Made by a program: the position numbers and the translations under genes
In this document: positions 62,645 to 64,000 of the stretch, piece after piece
Position numbering within the stretch: position 1 is the stretch's first letter
Layout of the letters: each line of letters begins with the position of its first letter
The notes under the pieces: model-generated
Told to the model about the DNA's origin: nothing
Databases searched by the model: none
The model's input: only the letters and a program-made list of their open reading frames with translations
Assembly: GCA_964422605.1 (NCBI GenBank)
Contig: CAYRBK010000001.1
Location: 34,025 to 98,024, forward strand
From: an uncultured Candidatus Bathyarchaeia archaeon
Lineage (GTDB): Archaea; Thermoproteota; Bathyarchaeia; Bathyarchaeales; DTEX01
Direction of reading: 5' to 3'
Length of the DNA stretch: 64,000 bases

Positions 62645-63511
62645 TCATACTGCTTCTTGTGTCCTTACAGGTATCTTAAATGACAGAGCCATCGCTTCTA
62701 GATATGCCTTCATTACTAGGTCTTTGATCGTTTCTGAGGACGGTATGCCCGCATTGATGGCGAGGTTGTAGGCTTCTTGGGAGGCGATCTTGATGAGTAG
62801 CGAGATGTTCTCGTGGACAGTGTACGCCGCATTTAGGGAGAGGTTGAACGCCTGCATGTAGGCCTCGATCAGGCTTCTTCTGTGATCGTCCAAGTTCAGC
62901 CTCAGTTGCTCTTCAGGTATCACGATCCCATCATCGTAGATGGCCTTGAGTGATAGACCCATCTCAACGGACTTGATGCCCAGCTTCGACAGGATAGGTG
63001 CGAGACTTTCGGAGATTATGTCTCCTTTCTTTGCTACTACAGTGTCCCGGTTGACCCAGACGCTCCCTGATTCTATCCTCGTAGGTATGCCTACCGAGCC
63101 GAGTTGGCTGATGATCGGGCCGGGCGGCTGCCCCGTGTTTCCAGCGGGTACAATCACGTCGTCCGTCGCTATGTCTCCCGCCTTAGCGAGGGCTTTCATT
63201 TTGCTCCTTTCGAGAATTAGAGCGAGTTTGAAGGGGTTGAGGTTTGTGAAGAGAAGAAGGTTTGAGCCTTTGAGATTCTCTCTCAGTCTCTCAATGTTTG
63301 GTTTGTCCTTGGATTCGGAGATTGCTCTTTCGACCAGGGCATTTTTGGCAACCCTGAGGTAAGCAGTATCTTTCAACTCGCGCTTGAGTTCTTGGAGCTG
63401 ATGAGCCCTGACCTTACGCAGATCAGCGATTCCTATGGCCTCGAATTTCTGGACTAGGTCTCTAATCTCTTTGACCTTCTCAGACTTCTTAAGTATCACT
63501 TGTCTCTGCAA
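62645..63511 (-). CDS. rpl10: Ribosomal stalk protein uL10 (P0), short form without an acidic tail
   Basis: 288 aa with an N-terminal L10 domain (IADLRKVRAHQLQELKREL...YLRVAKNAL). It ends ...KIPVRTQEAV. Confidence 0.85.
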   Translation of the reverse strand: MQRQVILKKSEKVKEIRDLVQKFEAIGIADLRKVRAHQLQELKRELKDTAYLRVAKNALVERAISESKDKPNIERLRENLKGSNLLLFTNLNPFKLALILERSKMKALAKAGDIATDDVIVPAGNTGQPPGPIISQLGSVGIPTRIESGSVWVNRDTVVAKKGDIISESLAPILSKLGIKSVEMGLSLKAIYDDGIVIPEEQLRLNLDDHRRSLIEAYMQAFNLSLNAAYTVHENISLLIKIASQEAYNLAINAGIPSSETIKDLVMKAYLEAMALSFKIPVRTQEAV

Positions 63512-63522
63512 CTCATGTTCCT

Positions 63523-64000
63523 CTAGATGCTAACTTTTACCGGATGCCCCATGGTCGGCTTGATGTAGATCGCGTCTATGCTTTTGGTTCCCCTCTTAAG
63601 TTTCCCTCTAATCCTGTTCAACACCGCCTGGATGTTCTCAGATATCTCTTCGTCTGACATGTTTTCCGAGCCAACGCGGCACTGAAGGATCGGTTGACCG
63701 CGAGCCCTAACGAGGATGATTCTCTTCTGCTTTTCGATCTCTTCTTCTATGTTCGCTGTCGGAGCGACTGGTACAGGCATCTTTCCTCTCGGACCTAGGA
63801 TCGCACCGAAGACTCTGCCCACAAGAGGCATCAGCGGAGCCGACGCGATGAAGGAGTCCATACTATTGGCTATCTGCCTCTGTCTCTTCTTATCGTTCGC
63901 CAGGCTTTCAATCTCTGCGCTTTCGAGAACGAGGTCTGCACCGGCTCTTCTAGCCCTGAGAGCCATGTCACCGTTGGCAAAGACGCCTATATTGACTTTC
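63523..64000 (-). CDS. rpl1: Ribosomal protein L1 (uL1), C-terminal part; N-terminus beyond the window
   Basis: LGPRGKMPVPV..., VRARGQPILQCRVG, and the reading frame stays open to position 64000. Confidence 0.88.
   Translation of the reverse strand, partial: KVNIGVFANGDMALRARRAGADLVLESAEIESLANDKKRQRQIANSMDSFIASAPLMPLVGRVFGAILGPRGKMPVPVAPTANIEEEIEKQKRIILVRARGQPILQCRVGSENMSDEEISENIQAVLNRIRGKLKRGTKSIDAIYIKPTMGHPVKVSI

Noticed and set aside
1-64000. tRNA, rRNA, CRISPR arrays, transposases and integrases
   Set aside because: I scanned the intergenic regions by eye for T-arm (GGTTCGAATCC-like) words, rRNA-like segments, regularly spaced repeats and recombinase motifs, and found none. A proper tRNAscan-SE or Infernal run is still advisable.

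Overview
Dense archaeal chromosomal window of about 80 genes, mostly on the minus strand. GC is roughly 47-58% on the few lines I counted by hand. Almost all of it is conserved housekeeping.

Gene content:
- A complete acetyl-CoA decarbonylase/synthase operon, cdhA-B-C-D-E; cdhE runs off the left edge.
- Classic archaeal information-processing clusters: Rpp21-YhbY-S19e-PDCD5-L39e-L31e-aIF6-LX-prefoldin alpha-FtsY; proteasome alpha-SBDS-Rrp4-Rrp41-Rrp42-L37ae-Pcc1; GAN/RecJ-S15; Kae1-Bud32; L7Ae-S28e-L24e; S13-S4-S11-RpoD-L18e-L13-S9-RpoN-enolase-S2; L1-L10.
- DNA ligase, FEN1, PheRS alpha and beta, and GluRS.
- A mevalonate/isoprenoid cluster: MVK-IPK-IDI2-GGPS.
- PiT plus its DUF47 regulator, an ArsR-led heterodimeric ABC exporter, and an ABC-2 transporter.

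The Wood-Ljungdahl genes together with an RPC34/TFE-beta-like protein suggest a TACK-type (Bathyarchaeia-like) archaeon. That is inference only.

Most interesting signals, none of which is explained by the protein genes:
1. A 579-bp ORF-poor gap (30228-30806) with a promoter, a closing helix and a T-run. It looks like a structured RNA gene of about 270 nt containing two paralogous GA-rich hairpins with compensatory stem changes. I could not assign a family.
2. A 680-bp ORF-free gap (40171-40852) next to the L7Ae operon. It contains a hairpin with the full box H/ACA guide-RNA architecture and several other long helices.
3. A C'/D'-type K-loop in the L7Ae 5' leader.
4. A rhomboid protease gene split by a -1 frameshift.
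5. An AT-rich island of about 1.7 kb (about 60050-61800) with orphan membrane ORFs and an ORF interrupted by an in-frame TGA.
6. Smaller oddities: an RpoN start codon problem, an acidic extension on L31e, a tail-less P0 with no L12 gene downstream, and two Pcc1 paralogs.

No rRNA, tRNA, CRISPR array or recognisable transposase/integrase was seen. All homology calls rest on motif recognition by eye. Start codons come from a longest-ORF track that treats ATG, GTG and TTG as starts, so many are uncertain.
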